50,394 nucleotides of DNA, from NCBI GenBank assembly GCA_964492345.1, contig CAZBKC010000001.1, positions 1-50,394 of the forward strand. Reading direction: 5' to 3'. The notes below the pieces were generated by a model. That model saw only the letters and a list, made by a program, of their open reading frames with translations, had not been told where the DNA came from and made no database searches. Position 1 is the stretch's first letter; the number at the start of each line of letters is the position of its first letter. Source of the stretch: an uncultured Steroidobacter sp. GTDB taxonomy: Bacteria > Pseudomonadota > Gammaproteobacteria > Steroidobacterales > Steroidobacteraceae. Below, piece by piece: positions 20,453 to 30,041 of this stretch. The position numbers and the translations under genes are program-made.

Positions 20453-21520
20453 ATGTCTGTGACCAAGAGAGCGAACCGAGCGAGGGTGCTTGCCGATATA
20501 GTCATCCCCGGTGCGCTTTTCGCCGCGCTGGCCGTGGCGAGTGCAGCCGAGCTTCCTCAGGATGGCAAAAAGTATGTTGCTCCGAAGACAGAGTTCGGCC
20601 ACCCCGATCTGAGGGGCGTATGGAACTTCAGCTCGAACACTCCGTTCGAGCGTCCGGTGCGATTCGGAGATCGCGCGTTCATGACGCAGGAGGAGTATGC
20701 CGCGATGCAGGAGCAGGTGCAGAAGCGCTCCGAGCTGGCGGACAACTCGCCCGACAGCGGCGTCGGCGGACCTGGCGGCTACAACCAGTTCTGGATCGAA
20801 AGCCGCGATCAGGGAGCGAACCTGCGAACCTCGCTCATCATCGATCCACCGGACGGCCGGTTGCCGCCGCGCCAGCCGGGTGTGAAAACCGAATTCGGTG
20901 GGCTTGGTCCGGACACCGGCGGCGAGCGTCCCGTGCGCTTCCGTGTGGGGGGCGTGCGCAAGGACGGCTATCTGGATCGCGGGTTGTCCGAGCGTTGCCT
21001 GATGGGTTTCAACTCCGGCCCGCCGTTCATGCCGAGCATGTACAACAACAACGTGCAGATCTTCCAGTCGAAGACCGACGTCGTGATCATGACCGAGATG
21101 ATTCACGATGCGCGCATCGTTCCGATCGATGGACGCCCGCACCTCGATCCCGGGTTGGCGCAATGGTCCGGCGATTCGCGCGGACATTGGGAGGGCGACA
21201 CGCTCGTCGTCGAGACGAAGAACTTCACGGACAAGATCGAAGCCTTCTACGGCTCGGGCGACGGCAGCGACCTGACGCTCACCGAGCGATTCACTCGAGT
21301 CGGCCCGGACCGGGTCGACTATCAGTTCACTGTCGTGGCGCCGAAGACGTTCACGGCCCCGATCACCGCGCTCGTGCCGATGGTGCGCGCCGACGGCGAG
21401 ATGTTCGAGTACGCCTGCCATGAAGGCAACTACGGTCTGCCCAATATTCTTCAGGGCGAGCGTCAGGAGGAGTGGGAGGCTGCGGCCAAGGCGCCAGCGA
21501 AGAACGAAAAGACCAGGTGA
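20453..21520 (+). CDS. Exported hypothetical protein (PDLxGVW...GHWEGDTLV...FEYACHEGN type)
   Basis: Long ORF with signal-like N-terminus (LFAALAVASAA); shares motifs with the next gene. Confidence 0.75.
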   Translation: MSVTKRANRARVLADIVIPGALFAALAVASAAELPQDGKKYVAPKTEFGHPDLRGVWNFSSNTPFERPVRFGDRAFMTQEEYAAMQEQVQKRSELADNSPDSGVGGPGGYNQFWIESRDQGANLRTSLIIDPPDGRLPPRQPGVKTEFGGLGPDTGGERPVRFRVGGVRKDGYLDRGLSERCLMGFNSGPPFMPSMYNNNVQIFQSKTDVVIMTEMIHDARIVPIDGRPHLDPGLAQWSGDSRGHWEGDTLVVETKNFTDKIEAFYGSGDGSDLTLTERFTRVGPDRVDYQFTVVAPKTFTAPITALVPMVRADGEMFEYACHEGNYGLPNILQGERQEEWEAAAKAPAKNEKTR

Positions 21521-21630
21521 TAGTCGTCCTGGAGAGGAGCGGACAGTCCGATTCCCTCCTACGAATCGCCGGGGCAGACGCAGGCGCGGAAGATCGCGCT
21601 CCATACATACGAATCAATTCAGGACGACGC

Positions 21631-22443
21631 ATGCAATTCTCAACCGTAAAACTGGCTGCTGCATTCGGTGCGATGGCTCTCTCGCTCTCATCGTTGGGCG
21701 TGCTGGCCCAGGACAAGCCCGCGCGCACCGCGGGCAAGCCCAATCTCAACGGCATCTGGCAAACCATGGGCTCGGCGCATTGGAATCTTGAACCGCACAA
21801 TGCCCAGGCGGGCCCGATCGTCGCGATGGGTGCGCTCGGTGCGATTCCCGGCGGGCTCGGCGTCGTCGAAGGCGGACGCATTCCGTACAAGCCGGAAGCG
21901 CTGCAGAAGCGCAACGAGAACCGGACGAAGTGGCTCGAACTCGATCCCATCGTGGCGTGCAAATTGCCAGGCGTGCCGCGTGCAACGTACCTGCCTCACC
22001 CGTTTCAGATCGTGCAGGGACCCGATGCGATCCTGATCACCTATGAATTCGCAGGCGCGGATCGCATCGTCTACATGAACAGGCCTGGTACCGAAGCGCC
22101 CGTCGACTCATGGATGGGTTACAACCTCGGCCACTGGGAGGGCGACACGCTCGTCATCGAGGTGACCGCGCAGATGGAGGACACCTGGCTGGACAGCTCG
22201 GGCAACTTTCACGGCCCGTCGATGAAGGTGACGGAGCGCTACACGCCGCAGGGTCCAAACGTATTGATGTACGAGGCCACGATCACCGATCCGGACACGT
22301 TCACCCGTCCGTGGAAGATCAGCCTGCCGCTCTACCGCCGTCTCGACAGGAACATGCAGCTCCTGGATTTCAAGTGCATCGAGTTCGTCGAGGAACTGCT
22401 CTACGGCAAGTACGGCAAGGGCGTCTGGACTCCTCCCAACTGA
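21631..22443 (+). CDS. Exported hypothetical protein, distant paralogue of the preceding gene
   Basis: Signal peptide; GKPNLNGIW, C.LPGVPR, FQIVQ, GHWEGDTLVIE, TERYT, DPDTFTRPW, terminal Cys motif FKCIE. Confidence 0.78.
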   Translation: MQFSTVKLAAAFGAMALSLSSLGVLAQDKPARTAGKPNLNGIWQTMGSAHWNLEPHNAQAGPIVAMGALGAIPGGLGVVEGGRIPYKPEALQKRNENRTKWLELDPIVACKLPGVPRATYLPHPFQIVQGPDAILITYEFAGADRIVYMNRPGTEAPVDSWMGYNLGHWEGDTLVIEVTAQMEDTWLDSSGNFHGPSMKVTERYTPQGPNVLMYEATITDPDTFTRPWKISLPLYRRLDRNMQLLDFKCIEFVEELLYGKYGKGVWTPPN

Positions 22444-22548
22444 TCGGCTGAATGTGCCTTCCGCACGCCCCTCGATGCTTGCCTCGTTCTTCCGTGAATC
22501 GTTCCCGCGTCGTTGCGACGCGGGAACGCTGACTGTGCCTGCTCGAAG

Positions 22549-25500
22549 TCAGAAGTTCACGACTGCCGTCAGCTTGAACCGCCGGCCACGAATATCGTAA
22601 ACCGTTCCGTCGTACTGGAAGCCGGTGCCGGCAGCGCCACCGATGGTGTTGATGTACGGCACATCTTCTTCGAACACGTCGATCACCGCTCCGGTGATGC
22701 TGAAGCCCGTCTTGGAGGCTCCGAGCGCACCCCTGTACGTGTACGACAGGTCCAGCGTCGTGTAGGACGGGATCGTCGGTGTGACGGCATCGCGGAATGC
22801 CTGGCTGTACGTTGGGTTACTGATGACCGAGTCGTAGGCCAGGTACTGGTACGAGCCGATCACGCGGCCGATCGCCGCCGCGCTGTGTGAACCTCTCGAC
22901 CAGGAGAGCGTCATATTGCCGCGATGATCCGGCATTGCGCGCGCGATCGCGCCACCGTCGCCGGAAGTACCCGCAGCATCGAAGACGCCCGTGCCCAGCA
23001 GTCCCGCTTCATAGCCTGGCGCGGAGATCGTGTACTGGTTGATGAACGTGTAATCCAGACCCAGCAGGAATTGTCCGAACGACGTATCCCAGTTGTATCC
23101 GAGCTTCACGTCCACGCCATCGGTCGTGATCTCGCCTGCGTTGATATTGCCGCGCAGGACGTTCACCAGGTCGCCGACATTCGCCAGCGGGTCGCCAGCC
23201 GGCCCCGGATTGGCGATGGTTGGCCGGTAGATGCTCTCGACCGCGTATGCACGCGGATCGACGACGCAGTCCAGACGTGCCTGGCCGGTCAGCGCACCGG
23301 GATTGCAAGGTACGAACTGGACGGGGGCGGTGCTCAACAGGGACTGTACGGTGACGTAGTTACCGGGATTGGACCTGGCGGCCAGGAACGCATCGACTTC
23401 CTCCTGGGTTGTCTGTACGCCCGACTGCCCGACGATTCTGTCCTTGTAGTCGAAGCGCCAGTAATCGACCTGCGCTCTGAAGCCTTCCAGTGCCTGCGGT
23501 GTGAATATGAAGCCGAAGCCGTACGTTGTCGCATGCTCGGAATCGAGATCCGGGCTGGCGACACCGGTGTAGAACATGCCCTCAGTCACTGCGTTTTCCA
23601 GCGTCGGTTCTGCCAGGCCGGCACGGACCTGCTGGCTACGGAGCCGATCCGACAGAGTGGCCCCGCCCGAGTTCGTGCCGTTGTACAGAAGCCCGACGTT
23701 CGGCGCCCGGAACGAACGGCTGTACGAGCCGCGCAGCAGCAGCGAGTCGAAGGGCCGCCAGCTCACGGCGAGCTTCGGACTGATTTCGCTGCCGACGTCA
23801 TCGTAATCCTCATAGCGCACGGCCAGCTGTGTTTCGACCGATTCCACGATCGGAATGGAGAACTCCGCGAACACCGAATTCACGCGGCGCTCGTCGTCGT
23901 ACGAACGGCTGTAGAAAGCGCCGAAGCTCAGATCGTCGGAGCCGTATTCATAGGCGTTCGGCACGCCGTTGGCGTCATAGCCGGTGATGAACTGAAGGCC
24001 CGGCTCGACCATGTCATAGGAGAAGGATTGATTGCGCTGCTTGCGGGCCTGCACACCCGCTGCAAACTTAGCCATGCCGCCAGGTACCTGGAACAGATCG
24101 CCCGTGAGTACCGCGTCGAAGACATAGAGCTCGTTCTTCTTGTCGCTCACAGGCACGACCGGCGATACCCAGTTGATCAGCTCATCCGAATTTCCGAGGG
24201 CGGGATTCGTGACGGCGGTGAGGTAGGGGTTCAGGAAGTGGCAGTCGCCCACGCCCTGGTTGGAGCTGGTCAGCGCCAGCGACATGTTCTGACGCGAGCC
24301 CCTCGGATACCCCGGTGCATAGTTGCCGAAGTACACGGAAGGTCCAAGAAGGGTCTGCCAATAGACGCCAGCGCGGCTGAAGTCGAAATCGGTGCGGCCG
24401 TTCGGTACGCAGTTCGGGCCGCCCAGGCCGTTGAGCGCGAGTTCCATGCGGCTGCGGCTCAGGACGCGGTCTTCGCGCAACCGATCGTTGCTGCTGTACC
24501 CGAGCGAGACGTCGTAGCTCCATGAGTCGCCGAAGTCGCCCTTGAGATCGATGGACACCGCTTTCGTGTCCGAGGTGTTTTCACGCTGGTTGCCGCCGCC
24601 GCCGTCGGGCCTCGGAAAACGCGTAATGAAGGTGGCCAGGTTCGGGACGTTCAGGCCGCCGTTCGCGGTTGTGATCGGGGCGTTGGTGATCGTGGGGCTC
24701 GTGTTGCCGGCGAAAGCTGCCTGCGATCCAAGGCCGGTCGATCCAAGGCCGGGAATTCCGACCGTGAGCGGAATCGTGGGATCCATGACGGGCATCATGT
24801 ACACGGGAGCGAGCCCGTTCGCTGCACCGGTGTCGGTGCGTTCGATCTCGTCGTGGGCGTAACGCGCCATGATGCTCAGCGTCGCTGCCGGTGAGAATTC
24901 GTGCGAGAAATTCGCGACCGTGTTGTAGCGCTCCTGGCCGAAGTCGAGGAACACTTCGTCGGTCACGTCTTCCCAACACGCCGTTCCAGCGGGTGTGGAG
25001 TAGGCGTAACCGACGTTGAAGCCCATTGCCAGGCACTGCGGATCGATGGGTCCTGTGCCTCCCGCGAAGAAGGCCGGGTTGACCTCCGCGCTGAGCGGGA
25101 TGAACGAACTGCCGGCGCCGGGGAACTGGTGTGGCACGACGTTCTGGTTGTAGTTGGATGCCTCCGTGTACGGAACGGGATCACGGTTGAAATACTCGCC
25201 GCCGACGACGAAGTGAGTGTTGCCGCTCTTGCTGCGCCACCCCCACAGGCCGCCGAATGTCGTGTCGAAATCCGATCCGGCGCCGTCGATCTGCTGCATA
25301 TCGCCGCGCAGTTCCACTCCCTCGAAGTCGGTGCGCAACACGTAGTTCACGACACCGGCGATTGCGTCGGAGCCGTAGAGCGCCGAGCCGCCGTCCGCCA
25401 GGATCTCGACGCGATCCACCGCGATCATCGGCAGGCCGTTGATGTCGACGTACTCGCTGCCGTCCACCATCAGCTGTGCGGCCGAGACCTGTCGTTTGCC

Positions 25501-25845
25501 GTTGAACAAGACCAGCGTCGCGTTCTGGCCGAGACCGCGCAGGTTGACGTTCGCAGTTCCCGCGGCGCTGTCTGAGTTGGTGCCGTCGGTGCCGGGCGCG
25601 GTCGTTGACCCATAGTTGGAAGGGATATTCTTGACGACGTCCCACATCGTGCTGGCGCCTTGCTCATCGAAGACGTCGCGTCCAATCACCGTGACGGGCG
25701 ATGGAGCGTCCGTCGCCGGGCCCCTGATGTAGCTGCCCGTGACGATGATTTCCTCCAGCTCCTGTGCAGACGAAGCAACGTTGTAGGAAGCGGTCAGCAA
25801 CCCCATTGCCAGCGTTGCGCTGCGCGCAAGTCTCACTTTATGCAT
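22549..25845 (-). CDS. Large TonB-dependent receptor (about 1100 aa)
   Basis: LEEIIVTGSYI, VNLRGLG..ATLVLFNGKR, RVEILADGGSALYGSDAIAGVVNY, SFRAP; terminal Phe. GGGGGA precedes ATG 25845. Confidence 0.95.
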   Translation of the reverse strand: MHKVRLARSATLAMGLLTASYNVASSAQELEEIIVTGSYIRGPATDAPSPVTVIGRDVFDEQGASTMWDVVKNIPSNYGSTTAPGTDGTNSDSAAGTANVNLRGLGQNATLVLFNGKRQVSAAQLMVDGSEYVDINGLPMIAVDRVEILADGGSALYGSDAIAGVVNYVLRTDFEGVELRGDMQQIDGAGSDFDTTFGGLWGWRSKSGNTHFVVGGEYFNRDPVPYTEASNYNQNVVPHQFPGAGSSFIPLSAEVNPAFFAGGTGPIDPQCLAMGFNVGYAYSTPAGTACWEDVTDEVFLDFGQERYNTVANFSHEFSPAATLSIMARYAHDEIERTDTGAANGLAPVYMMPVMDPTIPLTVGIPGLGSTGLGSQAAFAGNTSPTITNAPITTANGGLNVPNLATFITRFPRPDGGGGNQRENTSDTKAVSIDLKGDFGDSWSYDVSLGYSSNDRLREDRVLSRSRMELALNGLGGPNCVPNGRTDFDFSRAGVYWQTLLGPSVYFGNYAPGYPRGSRQNMSLALTSSNQGVGDCHFLNPYLTAVTNPALGNSDELINWVSPVVPVSDKKNELYVFDAVLTGDLFQVPGGMAKFAAGVQARKQRNQSFSYDMVEPGLQFITGYDANGVPNAYEYGSDDLSFGAFYSRSYDDERRVNSVFAEFSIPIVESVETQLAVRYEDYDDVGSEISPKLAVSWRPFDSLLLRGSYSRSFRAPNVGLLYNGTNSGGATLSDRLRSQQVRAGLAEPTLENAVTEGMFYTGVASPDLDSEHATTYGFGFIFTPQALEGFRAQVDYWRFDYKDRIVGQSGVQTTQEEVDAFLAARSNPGNYVTVQSLLSTAPVQFVPCNPGALTGQARLDCVVDPRAYAVESIYRPTIANPGPAGDPLANVGDLVNVLRGNINAGEITTDGVDVKLGYNWDTSFGQFLLGLDYTFINQYTISAPGYEAGLLGTGVFDAAGTSGDGGAIARAMPDHRGNMTLSWSRGSHSAAAIGRVIGSYQYLAYDSVISNPTYSQAFRDAVTPTIPSYTTLDLSYTYRGALGASKTGFSITGAVIDVFEEDVPYINTIGGAAGTGFQYDGTVYDIRGRRFKLTAVVNF

Positions 25846-25941
25846 ATGTCCCCCGAGCCTGGTCATTGAGTAGTTGTTGGCACGTGGCGGGCGTCGATTG
25901 CAACGCCGCCAACGACGCCACCGGACGGCCAGGGGCGAGTG

Positions 25942-25974
25942 TCAATCAACTGATTGGATCAATCAAGTGATTGA
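25942..25974. promoter_or_regulatory. Tandem pair of motif A operators
   Basis: TCAATC-AACT-GATTGG (25942-25957) and TCAATC-AAGT-GATTGA (25959-25974), about 100 bp upstream of the TonB receptor. Confidence 0.78.
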
Positions 25975-26128
25975 CTGAAAAATTGCGCTATTGATCACGC
26001 AATGGCGGATTCTTTGAAAGACAGCGGAGGACTGCGATCCGGGGGGAGATCGCCGTCGAGAACGGTGCATGGTTGTCGGGTCTGTCCGCCAGCAGCGGGG
26101 TGTCAATGCGCCGGCAGGTGACCCGGCG

Positions 26129-28282
26129 TCAGCCGGTGGGCAGCGCAAATGTCCACAGGGTGGCGCCGCGATTGGGTTGTGGCGTGATCCTGCCCGTGCG
26201 CTGCATCGTCTGGACATGCACGAACCCTTCGTTCGTGGCCACGGTAATGTACTGCCGGCTGCCGACGCGGTACGTGATTGGATAGGAGGCAGGCACATTG
26301 TCGAGTCGCACCGCCCAGAGTACGTGGCCGCGCTGTGCGTCGTAGGCGCGGAACCAGCGATCGGCATCCCCCACGAACAGCAGCTCGCCCGCCGTCGCCA
26401 GCACCCCGCTCACGGGCGCTGCGCGTTCTCTTGTGTGCCAGATCACCTTGCGCGATTGCAGATCGACGGCTTTGATGAGGCCATACATTCCGGCGGCCGA
26501 TTCGTCGGGAGTCTTCTGCCACTGCTCGCCGTCGGGCCACGGATGAAGGCAGGTGTCCGTCAGGGGTACGTACAGCGTGCCCGATCTCGCGTCATAGGAC
26601 GTCGACATCAGGTTGCGGGCGCCGAGCAGGTCCGGGCAGATACCGGGCAGTGTCGTACGCCGCAACACCTGCGTCGGCGCCGGAATGGCGGCGGGGTTCG
26701 ATACCTTCGAACCGGTGCGCGGATCGATGCTCTCGATGACGTTCTGCATGCCCAGATCGATCGAGAACCGGTACTTGCCGCTGTCCGCGTCCAGCGCCTC
26801 GAAGATGGCCTGCTTGCCACCGGTCACCACGACGCGGCGCAGCGAGCCGTCGATTCTGAGATCGACCAGTTGACGCTCGAATACCCAGTCGTGGTCCAGC
26901 TGGTCGTTCTTCTGGTGCTGGAAGAACCAGACCAGCTTGCCGGTGTCCGGATTCAGCGCGAGCGTCGCGTTGGTGTACAGAGCGTCATTGGTGACGCCCG
27001 GTTGCGGAACCCGCAGCGGGGCGGTGTTGTATGTGGGCGCGGCGCCGAAATAGACCAGATTGAGCGCGGGATCGTAGGTTCCTGCGACCCATACGGAGCC
27101 GCCGGTCCTCATGTCGGCGGGCTGGCCGTTCCAGCTGTCGCCGTGGGGTTCGCCCGGCTGGGCAATCGTGTTGAAACGCCAGGCCTCCGCGCCCGTCGCA
27201 AGATCCAGCGCGACGATGAAATTGCCGCGCCGCGACGTAAAGCTGTTGACTCCGATGATGGCCTTGCCGGCGGCAATGAGCGGCGAGCTCTTGATCTGGA
27301 AGTCGAACTGACCGCCGGTGTCGATCGCGTGGTCCCAGACGACCGCGCCTGTGCGCGCGTTCAAGGCGAGCACGTGCATGTCCGATGTCGGCACGAGGAT
27401 GTTCTCGCCGTCGATCGCCACACCCTTCTTTCCCTGGAACGTAGCGCCGGGCCGCAGCTTGCGCTCGTAACGCCAGAGCAGCTCGCCGTTCGTTGCGTCG
27501 AGCGCCTCGACGATGTCGCCATGGCTGTACGTGAACATGACGCCGTCGCGGACGATCGGGGTCATCATGTTGTCGCCCCGGGGCAATGACCACGACCACG
27601 CGAGCTGGAGCTGCGAGGCATTGCGCCGGTTCACCTGGTCGAGCGGACTGAATCCGGAGGCGTCGTAGGTACGCCGCCAGTGCAGCCAGTCATCGGGCGC
27701 AGGGTTGCGCAAGGCATCTGCAGTTACCGGGGCCAGGCGATCCAGGCGGCTCGTTCCTCGCGGGGGGATGACGATGAGTTGTCGCGATTCGCCTGGCGTC
27801 GCCGAGCCAGGCGCCGACAACGTCAGCCTGGACAGCGGTTCCTCTGCGGCGGGCAATGAACGCGAACCCGCAGCGAGACCGTTCGATTGCAGCAGGTACG
27901 CCATGACGTTCGCCGCTTCTGTTGCGCTCACTGCGTGCGGTTGGCCGGGCGGCATGCGGCGCACGGCCGCGAACAGCTGATCGGCCGGCTTGTCGAACCA
28001 CTTCGCCATGAAGGCGGTCCCGCGCAATGCCACGGCGGGGCCGGCGCCGGAGAGGTCGCCCACATGGCAGGACGCGCAGTGCTGGTCGTACACGGGTTTG
28101 CCCAGGATGGCCTGGCCGACGCTGAATCCGGCTGCGCCGCCGGTGCCTTGCTGGGCGAATGCAGCGCAGCAGGCAAGCATGAGAACGAGTGATGCGGCGC
28201 CCTTCGAACGCGGCAGCGGCACCCGCCGCCACAGGCGTGCTCCATCGGAGCCCGCCGGAGTCTGTCGGTTCTCGCAGGTCAC
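26129..28282 (-). CDS. Quinohemoprotein: N-terminal cytochrome c plus PQQ-dependent dehydrogenase beta-propeller
   Basis: CASCH heme motif and distal MPP; DWLHWRR...FSPLDQVN...LQLAWSW; repeated ALDxxTGxxxW; GGSVW..GTYDP; FQHQKNDQLDHD. GTG start overlaps the upstream stop; the true start may be later. Confidence 0.88.
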   Translation of the reverse strand: MTCENRQTPAGSDGARLWRRVPLPRSKGAASLVLMLACCAAFAQQGTGGAAGFSVGQAILGKPVYDQHCASCHVGDLSGAGPAVALRGTAFMAKWFDKPADQLFAAVRRMPPGQPHAVSATEAANVMAYLLQSNGLAAGSRSLPAAEEPLSRLTLSAPGSATPGESRQLIVIPPRGTSRLDRLAPVTADALRNPAPDDWLHWRRTYDASGFSPLDQVNRRNASQLQLAWSWSLPRGDNMMTPIVRDGVMFTYSHGDIVEALDATNGELLWRYERKLRPGATFQGKKGVAIDGENILVPTSDMHVLALNARTGAVVWDHAIDTGGQFDFQIKSSPLIAAGKAIIGVNSFTSRRGNFIVALDLATGAEAWRFNTIAQPGEPHGDSWNGQPADMRTGGSVWVAGTYDPALNLVYFGAAPTYNTAPLRVPQPGVTNDALYTNATLALNPDTGKLVWFFQHQKNDQLDHDWVFERQLVDLRIDGSLRRVVVTGGKQAIFEALDADSGKYRFSIDLGMQNVIESIDPRTGSKVSNPAAIPAPTQVLRRTTLPGICPDLLGARNLMSTSYDARSGTLYVPLTDTCLHPWPDGEQWQKTPDESAAGMYGLIKAVDLQSRKVIWHTRERAAPVSGVLATAGELLFVGDADRWFRAYDAQRGHVLWAVRLDNVPASYPITYRVGSRQYITVATNEGFVHVQTMQRTGRITPQPNRGATLWTFALPTG

Positions 28283-29115
28283 AGGGCGCCGCCGTGATCG
28301 CGCAGAAAGTCCATGTCCGGTGTGGGATCGGCGAACAGGCTGATCATGTCGGTGAATGGAAAATTTTGTTGCCAGGCCGGTGCGGTGAACTTCGGTGGAT
28401 CGGTCAACAGAGCACGCTTCCAGGCTTCATAGTCATCGAACCACAGCTCGCACGCACGAGCCCAGCCGCCCGGTGCCGGCCGTTCCGCAGCCCTGTAACA
28501 GACGAAACGTCGCAGTCCCGGAAGCTTCGCAAGCTCCGGACCATGCACGGACGAGAACCACTGCTCCCCGTCATCGAAAGCAACTTCGCGCGGATAGCGG
28601 ACGAAAAAGACCCAGCGCGTGTAGCTGGAACGCTCGCGGGGCCAGCCGTCGATATATCTTTCGCTCGGCACGGCTTCGACATGGATGTTGGCGATGCGAG
28701 TCCGGCCCGGATATCGGGCAGGGTCGAGCGGCGGCGGCGTCAACCGGTAGAACACCGAGGCGGACTCGTTCCGGGCCTCGATGCTGTCGTACCACATCTC
28801 GGTAAGGCGATAGCGGACCACGTTGAACCGGTCCGCCTCCGCAGGAACGTCCAGTGCCCGGTATGCCACGTAGCGGCGCAGCCAGGGCCCGACGAAGAGC
28901 AGGGACTCCTTCGAATGTGTAGTGCGATACCAGCGATCGAGCGTGGCGTTGTCGTTCGGCTGCTCCCAGATGGCGGCGAATTTGATCATGCCGCTGTGCG
29001 CCGGTCGGGCGGCGGGAGTCTCGGCCCGGGAGGGCGGCGCAATGCACGCCGCCATCATCAGGATCGCGAACCAGACTGCCGCGATGGTGTGCCGCCGCTG
29101 GCGATCCCGGATCAC
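28279..29115 (-). CDS. Exported protein with tandem EthD-like (dimeric alpha/beta barrel) domains
   Basis: Two repeats: WYRTTH...PWLRRYVAYRA...LTEMWY and WFSSVH...PGLRRFVCYRA...ACELWF. Hydrophobic signal. GTGA overlap with the upstream stop at 29112-29115. Confidence 0.65.
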   Translation of the reverse strand: MIRDRQRRHTIAAVWFAILMMAACIAPPSRAETPAARPAHSGMIKFAAIWEQPNDNATLDRWYRTTHSKESLLFVGPWLRRYVAYRALDVPAEADRFNVVRYRLTEMWYDSIEARNESASVFYRLTPPPLDPARYPGRTRIANIHVEAVPSERYIDGWPRERSSYTRWVFFVRYPREVAFDDGEQWFSSVHGPELAKLPGLRRFVCYRAAERPAPGGWARACELWFDDYEAWKRALLTDPPKFTAPAWQQNFPFTDMISLFADPTPDMDFLRDHGGAL

Positions 29116-29813
29116 TTGTCGGCAGCAGGCTGGCGAGGCGCCATGTGGGTCGTGTACGGCTCGCCGACCCATTCGTCCGTCGGACCGATCAGGATGAACA
29201 TGTCGATCTTCGAGCGGGTGCCATTGCCGTTCGGCCCGCCAGCCTGCGCTACGGTCGCGGCGCCGACGTACACGCCGTCATCGAGCTTGCGCAGTTCATC
29301 GAAGAGCGTCGACTTGTTGAAGGCGGAATAGTCGAGCGAGTAGCACGGCCTGCCGTCGATGATCGAATTCTGCACGCGCGTCGCCATGCGCAGGTTGCGC
29401 TCGATCTTGCCGCCCGGGAAACGCCAGCGGTTGTAGCCCTCTCCCCTGGTGGCGTCGAGAGGCCGGAATGCCTTGCCCTGCCAGGCGCCGCGCACCGACT
29501 TCTCGTCATACATGTATGCGGCATAGGCCTTCTGCCTTGCCGGATCGTCGGCGATGGGGCCGATGCCCATGTAGTGGCCGTTCATTTCCTGCAGGGTGGG
29601 GGCCGGCAGCGCGCGCCACAGCGCTTCCTGCTCGGCGGGCGTCAGCGACAGCAGTTGTTCCAGCGTCCATTTGCCGGCGCCGACCGGCGTCTGGTTCAGA
29701 ATCGGTCGCGATTCCAGCGCTTGCATGTCCAGCGCAGGTGTTCCCTCGCTCCATGCGCTGTCGGCGCAGATGGTCGCGGCAGCGAGAACGACGAAGTGCA
29801 GGTTTCGCATCAT
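29112..29813 (-). CDS. Exported hypothetical protein, GXWXG/DUF4334-like beta-barrel
   Basis: Signal peptide; LWRALPAPTLQEMNGHYMG, WQGKAF, GYN, DGRPCYSLDY, DELRKLDDGVYVG resemble that family (from memory). Confidence 0.6.
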   Translation of the reverse strand: MMRNLHFVVLAAATICADSAWSEGTPALDMQALESRPILNQTPVGAGKWTLEQLLSLTPAEQEALWRALPAPTLQEMNGHYMGIGPIADDPARQKAYAAYMYDEKSVRGAWQGKAFRPLDATRGEGYNRWRFPGGKIERNLRMATRVQNSIIDGRPCYSLDYSAFNKSTLFDELRKLDDGVYVGAATVAQAGGPNGNGTRSKIDMFILIGPTDEWVGEPYTTHMAPRQPAADK

Positions 29814-29876
29814 GGTGGCAATTCCTCGGGTGATTCCGTGTATTTGATTCCGCGTGATTTCGCCGATCCGGCTTCG

Positions 29877-29892
29877 TCAATCACATGATTGA
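29877..29892. promoter_or_regulatory. Motif A operator, perfect (TCAATC-ACAT-GATTGA)
   Basis: Divergent intergenic region; a motif B-like site CATACC-AATG-TATGAA follows at 29911-29926. Confidence 0.75.
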
Positions 29893-30041
29893 GCATGGCA
29901 TCGTTGATACCATACCAATGTATGAATTTGTCAACGATCTATGGATTGAAAGTCAGAAAAATACAGAATATGGAAGACTTTTTGCCATACCATCCATGAA
30001 AAATAATCCGCGGCGCGGCTGGCTCATCTGTGGGGGATCGC

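Noticed and set aside
26885..26915. D-x-D (DHD) as proof of lanthanide dependence in the PQQ enzyme
   Set aside because: The rule is validated for XoxF/PedH-type ADHs. Non-lanthanide PQQ enzymes also have DxD, and the other ligands here are divergent.
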